64,000 nt of DNA, taken from contig AP024666.1 of the NCBI GenBank assembly GCA_024346625.1, positions 868,001-932,000 of the forward strand, in the 5' to 3' direction. The first letter of the stretch is position 1, and each line of letters begins with the position of its first letter. A program made the position numbers and the translations under genes. The stretch comes from Williopsis jadinii (taxonomy: Eukaryota). Positions 11,753 to 22,329 of this stretch are shown piece by piece. The notes below the pieces were generated by a model that saw only the letters and a program-made list of their open reading frames with translations, did no database searches and was not told where the DNA came from.

Positions 11753-13101
11753 TCTTGGAATTTAATCTCTGGATGGTAATATGTCTTACATCTCCAGTAT
11801 GCTCTTTTGATTCCATTCCATTCGCTCTCTTCACTCTGGTCAAACTCTTCACCTGTTGTAGCAGGAGTGGCCAGCTCTGTATATTTGACCTCCAGGCCGT
11901 AGTTTGCCATGTCAATCTCAACGATTTTCTTATAAACGTCGTAGATCACTTGTCTATCTGCTCCTAGACCGTTAAAGAAGGAAAAGACACCACTTGGTTT
12001 CAGCAAACCGACAATGAGATCGTACAAGTCCAACATGTCACTGTAGTGTTCGGAATAGGTGTCGTAATAGATACCATTGAAGAACACACCTTGGTTCAAC
12101 AGCTCAGGCAAAGTATCCTGCCATCTCCCTTCCAGAATCTTCACGTTTGGCTTTTCATACCATCCATCTTGGCGCAGTTTAGCTAAAACATCTGGATGAG
12201 CCTCAGATATATAATGCATAGTTGGGTTCTTCTCTTGAATCATTGTATCGATGATACCCATACCGAATCCAATGTTCAAGACAGTTATGTCTTTGAAATC
12301 CGACTCGTCAAACCTCTCAGGATGAGTGGCAAACTCTCTAACGGTGCTGAAGATTGAGTCACAGCCTGCCTTCATGAGTTCACTTTCCCAGTCCATCATG
12401 ACACCGTCTTTGTTGTCCTTTGTAATAAGAGAACCGTCACGGTATTCCAGTTTGGTCTTCAGGTAGGTTGACTGGGTATTTGCGGGGTCTTCGATGAGGT
12501 CTTTTCTAACCTGGTCCAGCTTCTGCTGGTATTCTTTTTCCTTTTCAAGTGCTTCTTCGTTGCTTGAAGGCTCATCATTTGAAGGCTCATCATTTGAAGG
12601 CTCATCATTTGAAGGCTCGTTCTTTGCAGATGCTTCCTCATCAACAAGTTCCGGGACCTCACCGTCCTCAAAGTCACTCAAAAACTCTATATCATCATTC
12701 ACTTTCCTCAATAGCAACTCTGCCCTTACACCGGCATCGACTATGGCGTTGTAATATTCAGAGTTGTGTAAGCCTCTGCGGAACAAAACGTCACCGGGAG
12801 TATTACCTTCGTTATCGATGAGATTCCAGCCCGCACCCCAACTGAACAGTTCACTAATCATCTCCAATACGATTAACTTTTCTTCAGGTTTGATGTCATC
12901 TGGGATAGAACGGCAGATCAAGTGCAATGGAGTAGTTGTTGATTCCAACTCCTCGTCTTCTTTTCCAGCCAAGTAGTTTTCACATTCTTCAACGGTATAC
13001 GTAGAGGGAATACCGTTTGACAAGAAGTACTGTAACTTTTCCACGTACGACTTATCGATAGGTCTTGCAATGAGATGGCATAGCTCGTGTAACTCAGACA
13101 T
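11749..13101 (-). CDS. RMT2: Protein arginine N(delta)-methyltransferase
   Basis: Ankyrin-like N-terminus 'TTPLHLIC', 'GVMMDWE', SAM motif 'VLNIGFGMGIID', 'FNGIYYDTYSE'. Confidence 0.96.
   Translation of the reverse strand: MSELHELCHLIARPIDKSYVEKLQYFLSNGIPSTYTVEECENYLAGKEDEELESTTTPLHLICRSIPDDIKPEEKLIVLEMISELFSWGAGWNLIDNEGNTPGDVLFRRGLHNSEYYNAIVDAGVRAELLLRKVNDDIEFLSDFEDGEVPELVDEEASAKNEPSNDEPSNDEPSNDEPSSNEEALEKEKEYQQKLDQVRKDLIEDPANTQSTYLKTKLEYRDGSLITKDNKDGVMMDWESELMKAGCDSIFSTVREFATHPERFDESDFKDITVLNIGFGMGIIDTMIQEKNPTMHYISEAHPDVLAKLRQDGWYEKPNVKILEGRWQDTLPELLNQGVFFNGIYYDTYSEHYSDMLDLYDLIVGLLKPSGVFSFFNGLGADRQVIYDVYKKIVEIDMANYGLEVKYTELATPATTGEEFDQSEESEWNGIKRAYWRCKTYYHPEIKFQD
12565..12620. repeat. Coding 15-bp minisatellite in RMT2 (EPSND repeats)
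   Basis: Tandem 'tgaaggctcatcatt' units; protein reads EPSNDEPSNDEPSNDEPSS. Confidence 0.85.
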
Positions 13102-13137
13102 CTTTCCAACTTTCCTGTTATTCCTTGTGGAAATGAT

Positions 13138-13192
13138 GATGAGATGAGATGAGATGAGCTGCAGAGACGAGGATTAACTCATTGAAAATTTT
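13138..13192. promoter_or_regulatory. Ribosome-biogenesis promoter elements: tandem PAC cores (GATGAG) and RRPE
   Basis: Overlapping GATGAG repeats at 13138-13158 and TGAAAATTTT at 13183-13192, directly upstream of RMT2. Confidence 0.75.
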
Positions 13193-13552
13193 AACCCCGG
13201 CAGTTGCGTAGACCACAGAGAGTGACACAACGCCCATTAGACAGAACAGAAGGGAGCCATCATTCAGTTAGAGATGTTAGTGTTATGGATAAAACTACTG
13301 TTGTGAATCAATTGACCATTGCTCGTGACGACTATATCACGTGCAGTACTCTAATTGGTTTCATGTATGGGTTCCCTGTGCCCTCTGTGATGCCCACGTA
13401 GCTCTCGACAAGGAGTTAGCACAGAGTATCCGAGTTGGGCACTCTAAGCGGAACACCACACACTGAGCGGAGAGGGAGAAAGAAGGGCTACATTTTGTCG
13501 ACAGAGTCAAATATAGAATGTGGTAGTCTGTTAAAAGTATAATGGGAGCAGA

Positions 13553-14203
13553 TTATGCGTTGAATCTCTTCTCAGCCTCGGCCCAGTTAATAACGTTCCA
13601 GATGGCCTTGAAGTAGTCAACCTTGACGTTCTGGTATTGCAAGTAGTAAGCGTGCTCCCAGGCGTCAATGGCAATCAATGGGACGAACTGAGGACCAACG
13701 GTATCTTGGTTAGCCGTGGTGACAACCTCAACTGAACCGTTCTCCTTGTTCTTGACGATCCAGGCCCAACCGGAACCTTGGATACCAGCCAACTTGGAGT
13801 TGGTGAGGGCAATCAGCTTGTCAAAGGAGCCGTACTCCTTCTCAACGGCTTGGGCCAATGCGCCGGTTGGCAATTGACCACCACCTTGGGAGACTGGGGC
13901 CAAACTCTTCCAGAAGATGTTGTGGTTTCTGTAGCCACCACCGTGGAACTTGATGGCTTGCTGCAACTCGATGGTCTTCAAGACATCACCGGCAGCCTCC
14001 GCCTCGGCCAATTGAGTCAGCGACGAGTTGTAACCGTTGACGTACGTCTGGTGGTGCTTCTTGTGGTGGATCTCGTTGATCTGACCAGAGATATATGGCT
14101 CAAGAGCATCGTAGGCGTAGTCCAATTTTGGCAAGGTCACGTTGGTTCTGACCATCATTGGCGCTCTAAGAGCCTGGGAACGCAAAGTACGGACTGCAAA
14201 CAT
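13553..14203 (-). CDS. SOD2: Mn superoxide dismutase, mitochondrial
   Basis: Arg-rich presequence 'MFAVRTLRSQALRAPMMVRT', 'HHKKHHQTYV', 'DAWEHAYY'. Confidence 0.97.
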   Translation of the reverse strand: MFAVRTLRSQALRAPMMVRTNVTLPKLDYAYDALEPYISGQINEIHHKKHHQTYVNGYNSSLTQLAEAEAAGDVLKTIELQQAIKFHGGGYRNHNIFWKSLAPVSQGGGQLPTGALAQAVEKEYGSFDKLIALTNSKLAGIQGSGWAWIVKNKENGSVEVVTTANQDTVGPQFVPLIAIDAWEHAYYLQYQNVKVDYFKAIWNVINWAEAEKRFNA

Positions 14204-14674
14204 CGTGTGTAGACTTGAGTAGAATCAAAGAAACAAGCACTGGGCCGTGAGATTGTGAAAGCAACAGAACAAGAAGGAAGGGAAAGAGAAGAAGCAAAGA
14301 ACAACAGGGAAAAAATGTTTCCCCCTATTGTCCGCCCCCCAGAGAGAAAGAAGGGCAGCTTAAATCCGTGTTGACGTCAGTAGAAAGAAAAAAAAGACTC
14401 AGCGTAACGCAGGCTGGGGCCCGGAGCCTGTTGTCGGTGTTCGCGGGATTCCGCTGGCGGCGGCGGGAGGGGGCCTCTGTGTGTGTGCGCCAGCTTAAAA
14501 AGTTCACTAAAAGATCAACACGTTGCACTTTGAGGTGTAATGGCATAATACGAAGATATGATTGGCCGGTTAAACGAGAGGGGAGATTCCATCGCTTTAA
14601 ACTGAAGCTCAGCGACGACGGAGGTGTGACCCGTGCGCCGTTTTTAATAGCATAGAAATCCGTTCTAGTTGGCG

Positions 14675-15026
14675 ATGCTCTTGCTCGTAAATGCAGCACT
14701 GGTCTACTACACAGTGTGGGTGTTTGTATTGGTGAGTTGCTGTTTGCACGTATAGTTGTGCATTTTACACCTCTCCGTGGCTCCTTTTAACGCTTGTGCG
14801 AATACTAACAGTGTGGCGAAAACCGCACCATCAACAGCCATTCATAGAGGCAGATTGGGTTCACAGTTGCTTCCCAGCACGGGAATGGGCTATTAGGTTC
14901 CCGCTGATGCTGTTGCTTTTCGCATGGACGGTTCTGGGTACGTACGTGGCCTACGTGTTTCTGAAGGGCAAAGGACGAAAAGATGTGGCAAACGGTGGTG
15001 GCAGTGATCAGGCGTGCTCTACGTAG
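14675..15026 (+). CDS. DPM2: Dolichol-phosphate-mannose synthase regulatory subunit Dpm2 (two exons, about 81 aa)
   Basis: Exon 14675-14731; intron 14732-14837 (GTGAGT, TACTAAC at 14803-14809, CAG); exon 14838-15026. Spliced product MLLLVNAALVYYTVWVFVL|PFIEADWVHSCFPAREWAIRFPLMLLL matches the Dpm2 pattern YYTxWVxxLPF...F...xA. An extra upstream micro-exon cannot be excluded. Confidence 0.85.
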
Positions 15027-15191
15027 ACAGTGTAATGATAATGGTGTGATAAAGTATAAGGGAAGGACGAACAGCGGAGAAATAATTTTGTTTGAGTACG
15101 TGTTCGTAGCAGCAACGTGTAGAAGAAGAGAACTAAGACTGCCAGTGCAAGTGCAGCCTGGGAGTGTTGGCAAGAGCTCAAAGCGACGGGC

Positions 15192-15803
15192 TCAATCCAA
15201 GCCGGCAATCAGTCTACTCTCAGCTTCGTGCCAGTTAACAACGTTCCAAATGGCGTTGAAATAGTCAGCTTTGACGTTTTGGTATTGCAAGTAGTAAGCG
15301 TGTTCCCAGGCGTCAATGGCCAACAATGGCGTGTACTGTGGACCAACGGTATCCTGGTTTGCAGTGGTGACGACTTCGATGGCTCCGTTCTCGTTGTTCT
15401 TGACAACCCACGCCCAGCCGGAACCTTGGACGCTGGCAAGCTTGGTGTTGACAAGCTTAATCAACTCTTCGAAGCTGCCATATTCGTTCTCAATGGCCTC
15501 AGCCAATGGGCCAGTCGGATACTCACCACCACCTTGCGAAACTGGAGCCAAACTTCCCCAGAATAGGTTATGGTTTCTGAACCCACCACCGTTAAACTTG
15601 ATTGCCTGTTGCAACTGGACTGTCTTAAAGACGTCATTTGCATTTTCAGCATCGTTCAATTGGTTGATGGCTGTGTTGTAGCCGTTGACATAGGCCTGGT
15701 GGTGCTTTGTGTAGTGGATCTCGTTGATTTGACCCGAGATAAAAGGTTCAAGGGCATCAAATGAATAGTTCAGCGGAGGAAGCGTCAGTGGCGTATAAGT
15801 CAT
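15192..15803 (-). CDS. Second Mn superoxide dismutase without a mitochondrial presequence (putatively cytosolic)
   Basis: Starts MTYTPLTLPPLNYSFDALEPFISG; an alternative ATG at 15821 adds only 6 aa. Metal-ligand motifs intact (HYTKHHQ, NHNLFW, DAWEHAYY). TATATAAA on the minus strand at about 15875-15882. Confidence 0.92.
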   Translation of the reverse strand: MTYTPLTLPPLNYSFDALEPFISGQINEIHYTKHHQAYVNGYNTAINQLNDAENANDVFKTVQLQQAIKFNGGGFRNHNLFWGSLAPVSQGGGEYPTGPLAEAIENEYGSFEELIKLVNTKLASVQGSGWAWVVKNNENGAIEVVTTANQDTVGPQYTPLLAIDAWEHAYYLQYQNVKADYFNAIWNVVNWHEAESRLIAGLD

Positions 15804-17122
15804 TGCTAATGGTGTTTGCATACAGGCACTGAGCACAACACATGCTGGTTCCACTATCTCAAGGAAACGTGTGCTTTATATAATGGTTGGGAGTGGAATT
15901 ATACTGCAAACAGGGAACAGAAATGGAAACGCATGCTACGCTGAAATGGTACACTTATTAGCAAAACGCAGTTGAAGATCTTTCGGCCACATGGGTGCTG
16001 AGAATTCAACACAAGAGCCTTCCCTTCGTTCAATTGGATATTTTCTAAACGTCCAGTCATATACCTTGCCTTCATAACCGTCGGCATGCACTCATGACTA
16101 TTCATAAGCAAGGTGGTAATGCACAAGTACACAGTGGATAACCGGATTCAAACCAAGCGCAATAACAATAAAAAACAACAACACACATCAACAGCAAACT
16201 GGCTCAACGAGTAGAGACCAATTGGAATGGCAACAGCAGCTAGCACTACATACAAACGTGGAGATCCTCATCGTATTGGGATGCATGTAGCGCAAAGCTG
16301 GGTGCATCGTGTCCTTCAACTGACGCATGATGACTCGGATTGATGAAGCTATTAGTAATCCAAAGCCACCTCTTTCACACTTTATTTTATTACACCCATA
16401 CGTCACCCGTGCAATTGTACTTCCAATCAAGCTAATTTAAGCTTAACGAACGTTGCCCAGCCCTATCTAAAAGATCAGGGGAGCTCAATCACATACCAAG
16501 ATGAGAAAGGTGTTTATGCAAGGTCCTAGGCCCCCGTCATAATGCAGTGCTTGTTAAAATTTCCCTCTCTTTTCCCGATCGGAAGCTGGGGCCAACAACC
16601 GTCACAACTGTCAAATACGATTGAGCTGAGGGTGGAGGACCGGAAGTGAATCCCGTACTTGCTCAGCTTTCCAGACGTACTTTCATCTAATGCGTATAAC
16701 GAATCCCATTACTTCTAACCAGACAGCTGGCTTCCTTGCAAAGACCTTGAGGAAGTGTACGGCACGGGCGTTGGTGTATTAAGCGAAAAGCAGATCTTTG
16801 CCGATCAGATAAGTTTGAAGCGTTTTCCGCCACGGGACACACAGGGACGGTGGAAAAACATCAGCTGCAGAAAGTTCCCAGTTCGAATCCCAGCAGTTGC
16901 GTCTTCCGAGGATCAATTTCTGCTTCTGGATTTTCGTGATCACGAAAAGAACAACAAATCATCCGCATTGGGCCAGAGAAGCTGATCACAGCAAAAAGAG
17001 TGGTCGTGGGTCCCCATACACTGATCTTCGTTATTCCCCAGTTGGCTGTGTCTGATCTGTAATCATTGGAGCTACGATTGGAGCAAGAGAGAAGAGACAA
17101 ACCAGGAACGCAGCTGGACATC

Positions 17123-19546
17123 ATGGCAACACGGAAGAAGGGAGTGGATGATTTCCAGTTTGGTAGCCGGCTTGGTGAAGGGTCCTATTCACAGGTGTTC
17201 AAGGCCGTTGACAAGCAGTCGAGGAAGGTGTACGCAATCAAGATCCTGTCGAAGAAACACATTGTGAAGGAGAAGAAGATCAAGTATGTTAACATCGAGA
17301 AGTCCACGCTGAATAGGCTGGGCCATCATGCAGGAATCGTGACGCTCTACTACACGTTTCAGGATGAGAATTCTCTATATTTCGTCATTGACATGGCCGA
17401 GTTTGGTGAACTGCTCACATTGATCCGTAAATATGGGTCACTGAGTGAGAGCTGTACCAAGTACTACATGGTGCAGTTGATAGATGCGGTGGACTTCATG
17501 CATTCGAAGGGTGTCATTCATCGTGATTTAAAGCCTGAGAATATCCTCGTCAATGGAGACATGCGTCTCATGATCACTGACTTTGGTGCTGCAAAACTAT
17601 TAGACAGTGATGATCTTCAACGAAAGGATCCCAATGAACTCTACAGCGCATCGTCGTTTGTCGGCACAGCAGAGTACGTATCGCCAGAATTGTTGAAAGA
17701 CAACAAGTGTGGGTTTGCATCGGACGTATGGGCGATTGGCTGTATTCTGTATCAGTTCATAGTTGGCTTACCGCCGTTCAAGGGCAAGACAGAGTATCTG
17801 ACATTTGAGAAGATTGTGAGCCTCAATTATCAATGGCCACAGTACTACATCCCAGACTTGATAAAGGACGTTGTCTACCATCTGCTACAGCTGGATCCCT
17901 GCTCAAGGCTCACGATAAGGCAATTGCAGCAACATCCATGGTTTGCACATCTACAATGGGAGAACAAGTCACAGATATGGGGTGTGCCGCCGCCAAAGAT
18001 GGAGCCTTACAACCACATGCTGGAGCAGTTCACACAGTCAAGTGCTCAATTCTCTCAGCTGAGAATAAAGAAACAACCTGCTAGTGCCATGAAGAAACAG
18101 CTGTTGAACAATACTATCAACCAGATACGTAACGAAAGTACTGGAATGCTCTATAATGATAGTCCCATGAAGACCGCTCTTCCAAAAGTGAGTCCTACGC
18201 AAACGTCGCCCACGAGACTAAGGGCACAACAGCCAACAGCACCACCGTCGGTATCACCTTTACAGAAGCGTCAACAACCGACTCCAGTGATGGCACCGTT
18301 GGCATCTAACTCTCGCACAAATGGTGCTAAGCCACAGGTACAGATGAGGAGCACACCGCAACATCAAACGCAACCACAGCCAATATTACAGCCAAAGTTA
18401 CAACCCCAACCACAGCAGACAATGTTGTCACAGAGGAATGGCAATCAGCCAAAAGTTGTCTCATAGGCACCAAACACGAGCAAAGCTGTTCCTAATAATG
18501 CACCATTAATCAAGGTTCCACAGTACATTGCCGACAAGGTTGAACAGCAACAGCAGCAGCAGCAACAGCAGCAGCAACAGCAGCAACATAATAATGGTAC
18601 TAAGAAGCAGACCCAACAACAAGCCTCAGCCACCCCTAAGGAGTCTCACAGACCAGCTGTTAGACCATCACAGTCACAAACTACACCATCACAGGCACCA
18701 CCGAATAAGCTCAACGGGAGCTCCACTGTTTCTCCACCAAACATTCCACCACCAAAGCTATCAGACTCCTTATCTTCCTCAAAGGTGATATCTATCCCAG
18801 AACAGGTGCTGAAGGTACTACAAAAGTCCGAGCACATCATCAAGCTGGATTTCATCCACATGTCAGAGTTGACATCAACGCAGTGTAACATTAAGAACTT
18901 TGAGAATGCAGGGCTAGATGATTTAACCATTCATAAGATTGTCAAGGACAACCAGACCACGCTTCATACCAATCTAAGGATTTATGGACTGGCTATCACA
19001 GACTATGGACACTTGATATTGTACCAGCAGGGCAAATTGCACACTGTTGTTGACCTGGTTATTGACCTCACAGATAAGCTATTTGCCATGTATGACTACG
19101 AGTTCGACGAAGAAGACCAATCTGGTTACTTGATATTGGAGATGATTTCTAAGGATAGATTGATATTCCTCTCACCACTGGTCTCAAAACTCAAAGGCTG
19201 TGAGCTTGTTGGTGAAGATATGACATGGGTTGAGGCGCTGATGAAGACCAAAAGGTTGTTGAAGGATAGATCACCGAACATATCGTCTACTCCAAGTTCA
19301 TCGGGCTCACCGGCACCGGCTTCCAGGTCATCAACCACATCAGCTTCGAAGCCACGCTCTCCATCAGTGAAAACGCCTGGAACACCACCACTTCCTCAAT
19401 CACAGCCACAGCCAGAAAAGACCAGAAGAGTAGCATCAAGCAGTATGAACACCGGCAAACCTCGTCCTACACCAGAGGCAAAGATGGTCCAAAACAAGAA
19501 GTTCGCAGGTGGAGCAGTCGCAGCAGCGTTTAGAAGGATGAAATAG
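17123..19546 (+). CDS. PKH3: PDK1-like Ser/Thr kinase Pkh3, interrupted by one in-frame TAG at 18464-18466
   Basis: Kinase domain 'LGEGSYSQV...HRDLKPEN...SFVGTAEYVSPE'. The same frame stays open after the TAG through 19546 and joins the ORF listed at 18785. Syntenic with RMT2/TLG1/SDC1. Confidence 0.88.
18545..18586 (+). repeat. CAG/CAA trinucleotide tract (polyQ in the PKH3 frame)
   Basis: 14 consecutive Gln codons read directly. Confidence 0.9.
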
Positions 19547-19669
19547 AAACTTATTCCCCCCTCTCCAATCGTCATGTTCACGCTGTTATCGCATTCAGTG
19601 TATATTTCTACTGTAATAATGATCATTACTCGTACAAGATTATATTATCATTCGTATACACAAGGCCGT

Positions 19670-19921
19670 CTAGTTCCCATTGCTCTCCGATTTCTCGCCA
19701 CTCTTTGATATCAGATATTCTCCCAGCACACGTAACGGTTCCTGTGGCTTCTCTCTGACCAACATCCTCATACCTTCAAGTAACGTTGGCGTGACATTCT
19801 CGTTGATCCATTGTCGAGTTGGAGCACCAGCATTGAGATCCGCTCCTTGCGGTATGGTGTAGTCTCTGTGTGAGCGAGCTGTTGGTCCCGGAGTGGTCTC
19901 CTCAGGTTCTGTTGATTCCAT
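19670..19921 (-). CDS. SDC1: COMPASS subunit with Dpy-30 motif
   Basis: 'GAPTRQWINENVTPTLLEGMRMLVREKPQEPLRVLGEYL' is a Dpy-30 motif. Divergent from TLG1 as in S. cerevisiae. Confidence 0.93.
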   Translation of the reverse strand: MESTEPEETTPGPTARSHRDYTIPQGADLNAGAPTRQWINENVTPTLLEGMRMLVREKPQEPLRVLGEYLISKSGEKSESNGN

Positions 19922-20097
19922 ACCTCAGCGATAACGACGCAGTTGTGTCTTGCCTTGTCCAATAAGGAAGTGCTTGTGTGGTGAAGTTATAACCACACAC
20001 CTTCCGCGAAACTTTGCCAGGCGGTAACTTCACCATTCACACACCGCAAACTGGCGGACTAGGCTTGTACGCAAGAAGGAGGGCTGACAACTACGAG

Positions 20098-20787
20098 ATG
20101 GATCCATTCACAGAGGTTCTACAAGATGCTGAGCAACAACAGGCAAACCTTTCGCAGCTGCTCGCACAGAACTCATTCACAGACGAGTCAAAGCACGACT
20201 TTGATAGTAAGCTCCTAGAACTACAGGAGACGATTGAGGATCTCAAGGAATCCATCGAGTCCAGCAAAGCGGACCCGGAGTTTTTCAAGATCACACCTGA
20301 AACGATCAAGGAGAGGGAGGATATTGTTGGCAACCTTTCATCGCAGTATGACAAGCTCTCATCGCAGTGGAACGAGCTTGGTAGCTCTAAGAGTTTGACT
20401 CCTTTCAAGAGGTTTGAAGGAGATGCTGGAGGTGACCACGAGGCAGGCACCCAAAATTCAGATGGCGTGGACACCGATACGGCAAGGTTCAACGCAATGC
20501 AACAGCAGCAGATGCTACGAGAACAGGACGAACACTTAGACGGCGTCTATGCATCTATGCAGACGATACAGCACCAGGCCAGGGCCATGGGCACAGAGTT
20601 GGAAGAACAGGCTTTTATAATGGAGGATCTCGAGGGTGAACTGGACAGGATTGGTTCAAAAGTCGGGAGAGGACTTAAAAGAGTTGACCATTTCATACGC
20701 TCAAACCAGGAAACAGCAAGCGACTGTTGCATAGGACTGTTAATCGTTGCCTTGATCGTCTTATTGGTGTTAGTCGTTGTTGTATAG
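20098..20787 (+). CDS. TLG1: Syntaxin-6-like t-SNARE
   Basis: Starts 'MDPFTEVLQD' (first ATG at 20098). SNARE motif 'QQQMLREQDEHLDGV' and C-terminal TM after 'DCCI'. Confidence 0.95.
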   Translation: MDPFTEVLQDAEQQQANLSQLLAQNSFTDESKHDFDSKLLELQETIEDLKESIESSKADPEFFKITPETIKEREDIVGNLSSQYDKLSSQWNELGSSKSLTPFKRFEGDAGGDHEAGTQNSDGVDTDTARFNAMQQQQMLREQDEHLDGVYASMQTIQHQARAMGTELEEQAFIMEDLEGELDRIGSKVGRGLKRVDHFIRSNQETASDCCIGLLIVALIVLLVLVVVV

Positions 20788-20875
20788 TGCACATAAAGTC
20801 TATAACTATATCCTAGTGAATATGGGTAACGTTAGAAAACAAACGTATAAACCTGGTGATAAAGCTATTTCCCAT

Positions 20876-22285
20876 TTAATCATCGAGTAGTACACTCGCA
20901 TCAAAGTATAAAGATGGATCCAGTGCACTGACGTCTGCACTGCTGATCTCCCCCTCTAATAAGAGTTCTGCCATGATCATTCCTGTTCCTGGAGCGTTGT
21001 TTATACCCCAGCATGAATGTCCACTTGCCAGGTATAATCCTTCAACGTTTGTCTCTCCGATGAGTGGACCAGAGCTTGAGGGAACATCCAACACAGGTAA
21101 ATAGCAAGCCTGTCTCTTCAGGATGTGGCCCTTTGATAGGTTTGGACTCATCTTGCTGACGTAGTGGAACAACTGATCGCATTTTTCCTTTATCACCTCA
21201 ACATCATCAGTTGTTTCCGGAAGATCGACCAGAGTATCACCTTCACCGCATACATAAACTTCATCTTTTCTGGCATAGATCTCAGGGGATACGTACTTAT
21301 TCTTACCAACCTTTAGCTCTGTGAAGATCGCATATGGCGACACGGTACCGTTATGAGGTGCCACAGTGATTGAATGGGCTCTCAGACCAGATATCGGGCA
21401 GTCTGGAAGGATCTTTGACGTCCATGGCCCCATGGCCAGCACTATTTGATCACCGTAGATCTCAACAAATTCGTCAGAGCTCTGTACAGACTTTGTTGGT
21501 ATATAGCGCAACCCTTCAGCAGCACCTGTTTCATCAGAGAACAGAATCTCCTCAACTTTGCCCAATATCAATTCAACCGCTTGGGACTCAATGGCCTTTT
21601 TAAGGATGAAATTAGTGAACTTGTAAGGGTGTACCTGTGCAGTTGAATCAGTTCCGCCCAACTCTGACCAATCTTGGATGATATTACCCTTTATCCAGTT
21701 CAAATCAACTGGCAGATGTGGATGCGAGTGTAGATCCTGGTGCTTTATTGAATTCTTTGTAACTGTACGTCTCTTTTGTAGAGGTTGACCATTGCCCAAT
21801 GAATCTGTACTCGTTTCCGGTGTATCCTTACATCCTTTGCCAATGTTTTCCGCAACCGCTTCATCATCATCATCATCATAATCATCACCTTCTTCTTCAT
21901 CATCATCCTCATCATCCTCATCGTCCTCATTCTCAAGCGCCTTTTGGATGTTACCTTCGAGCGACACCGTCGTCAATCTTCTGTAGCCCCATTCTTCTTC
22001 ACCGTTATACTCATCGCTCAACTCCTGGTGCAGTTTGAAGCTCAAGGGAACAATCTGCTGCGGGAAAGCCCATAGCGCCAGCAACCCACCAGCTTTACCG
22101 GAGGCACCACCGGCAACTCTCTTGCTCTCAATTATGGTTATGTGATGTGTTTCAGGGCTAAAGTCGGCGTGCTTTGTCAGATAGTACGCCGTACAGACAC
22201 CGATGATACCAGCACCGACAATGATTATATGGGTCTTGCCCTTGGCTCTTCCCGATGGCGTCGAGTTGAAAGTCAGGAAGTCCAT
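20876..22285 (-). CDS. TDA3: FAD-dependent oxidoreductase (DAO family)
   Basis: 'HIIIVGAGIIGVCTAYYL', 'VAGGASGKAGGLLA', 'ASGHSCWGINNAPGTG'. ATG at 22285 (MDFLTF); the longer ORF-track start runs through a GT microsatellite. Confidence 0.92.
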   Translation of the reverse strand: MDFLTFNSTPSGRAKGKTHIIIVGAGIIGVCTAYYLTKHADFSPETHHITIIESKRVAGGASGKAGGLLALWAFPQQIVPLSFKLHQELSDEYNGEEEWGYRRLTTVSLEGNIQKALENEDDEDDEDDDEEEGDDYDDDDDEAVAENIGKGCKDTPETSTDSLGNGQPLQKRRTVTKNSIKHQDLHSHPHLPVDLNWIKGNIIQDWSELGGTDSTAQVHPYKFTNFILKKAIESQAVELILGKVEEILFSDETGAAEGLRYIPTKSVQSSDEFVEIYGDQIVLAMGPWTSKILPDCPISGLRAHSITVAPHNGTVSPYAIFTELKVGKNKYVSPEIYARKDEVYVCGEGDTLVDLPETTDDVEVIKEKCDQLFHYVSKMSPNLSKGHILKRQACYLPVLDVPSSSGPLIGETNVEGLYLASGHSCWGINNAPGTGMIMAELLLEGEISSADVSALDPSLYFDASVLLDD

Positions 22286-22290
22286 CTTAT

Positions 22291-22291
<1 letters not shown>

Positions 22292-22328
<37 letters not shown>
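22292..22328. repeat. (GT)n microsatellite immediately upstream of the TDA3 start
   Basis: About 18 GT units read directly. Confidence 0.95.

Positions 22329-22329
<1 letters not shown>

Noticed and set aside
16188..16496. Possible minus-strand intron (GTATGT, TACTAAT) and Cys-rich 80-aa ORF upstream of the second SOD
   Set aside because: No open upstream exon and no recognisable protein. The SOD gene has its own TATA box about 70 bp upstream of its ATG.
16876..16896. B-box-like GTTCGAATCC suggesting a tRNA
   Set aside because: The flanks do not form a T-stem and I found no acceptor or anticodon arms. At most an isolated TFIIIC-type site.
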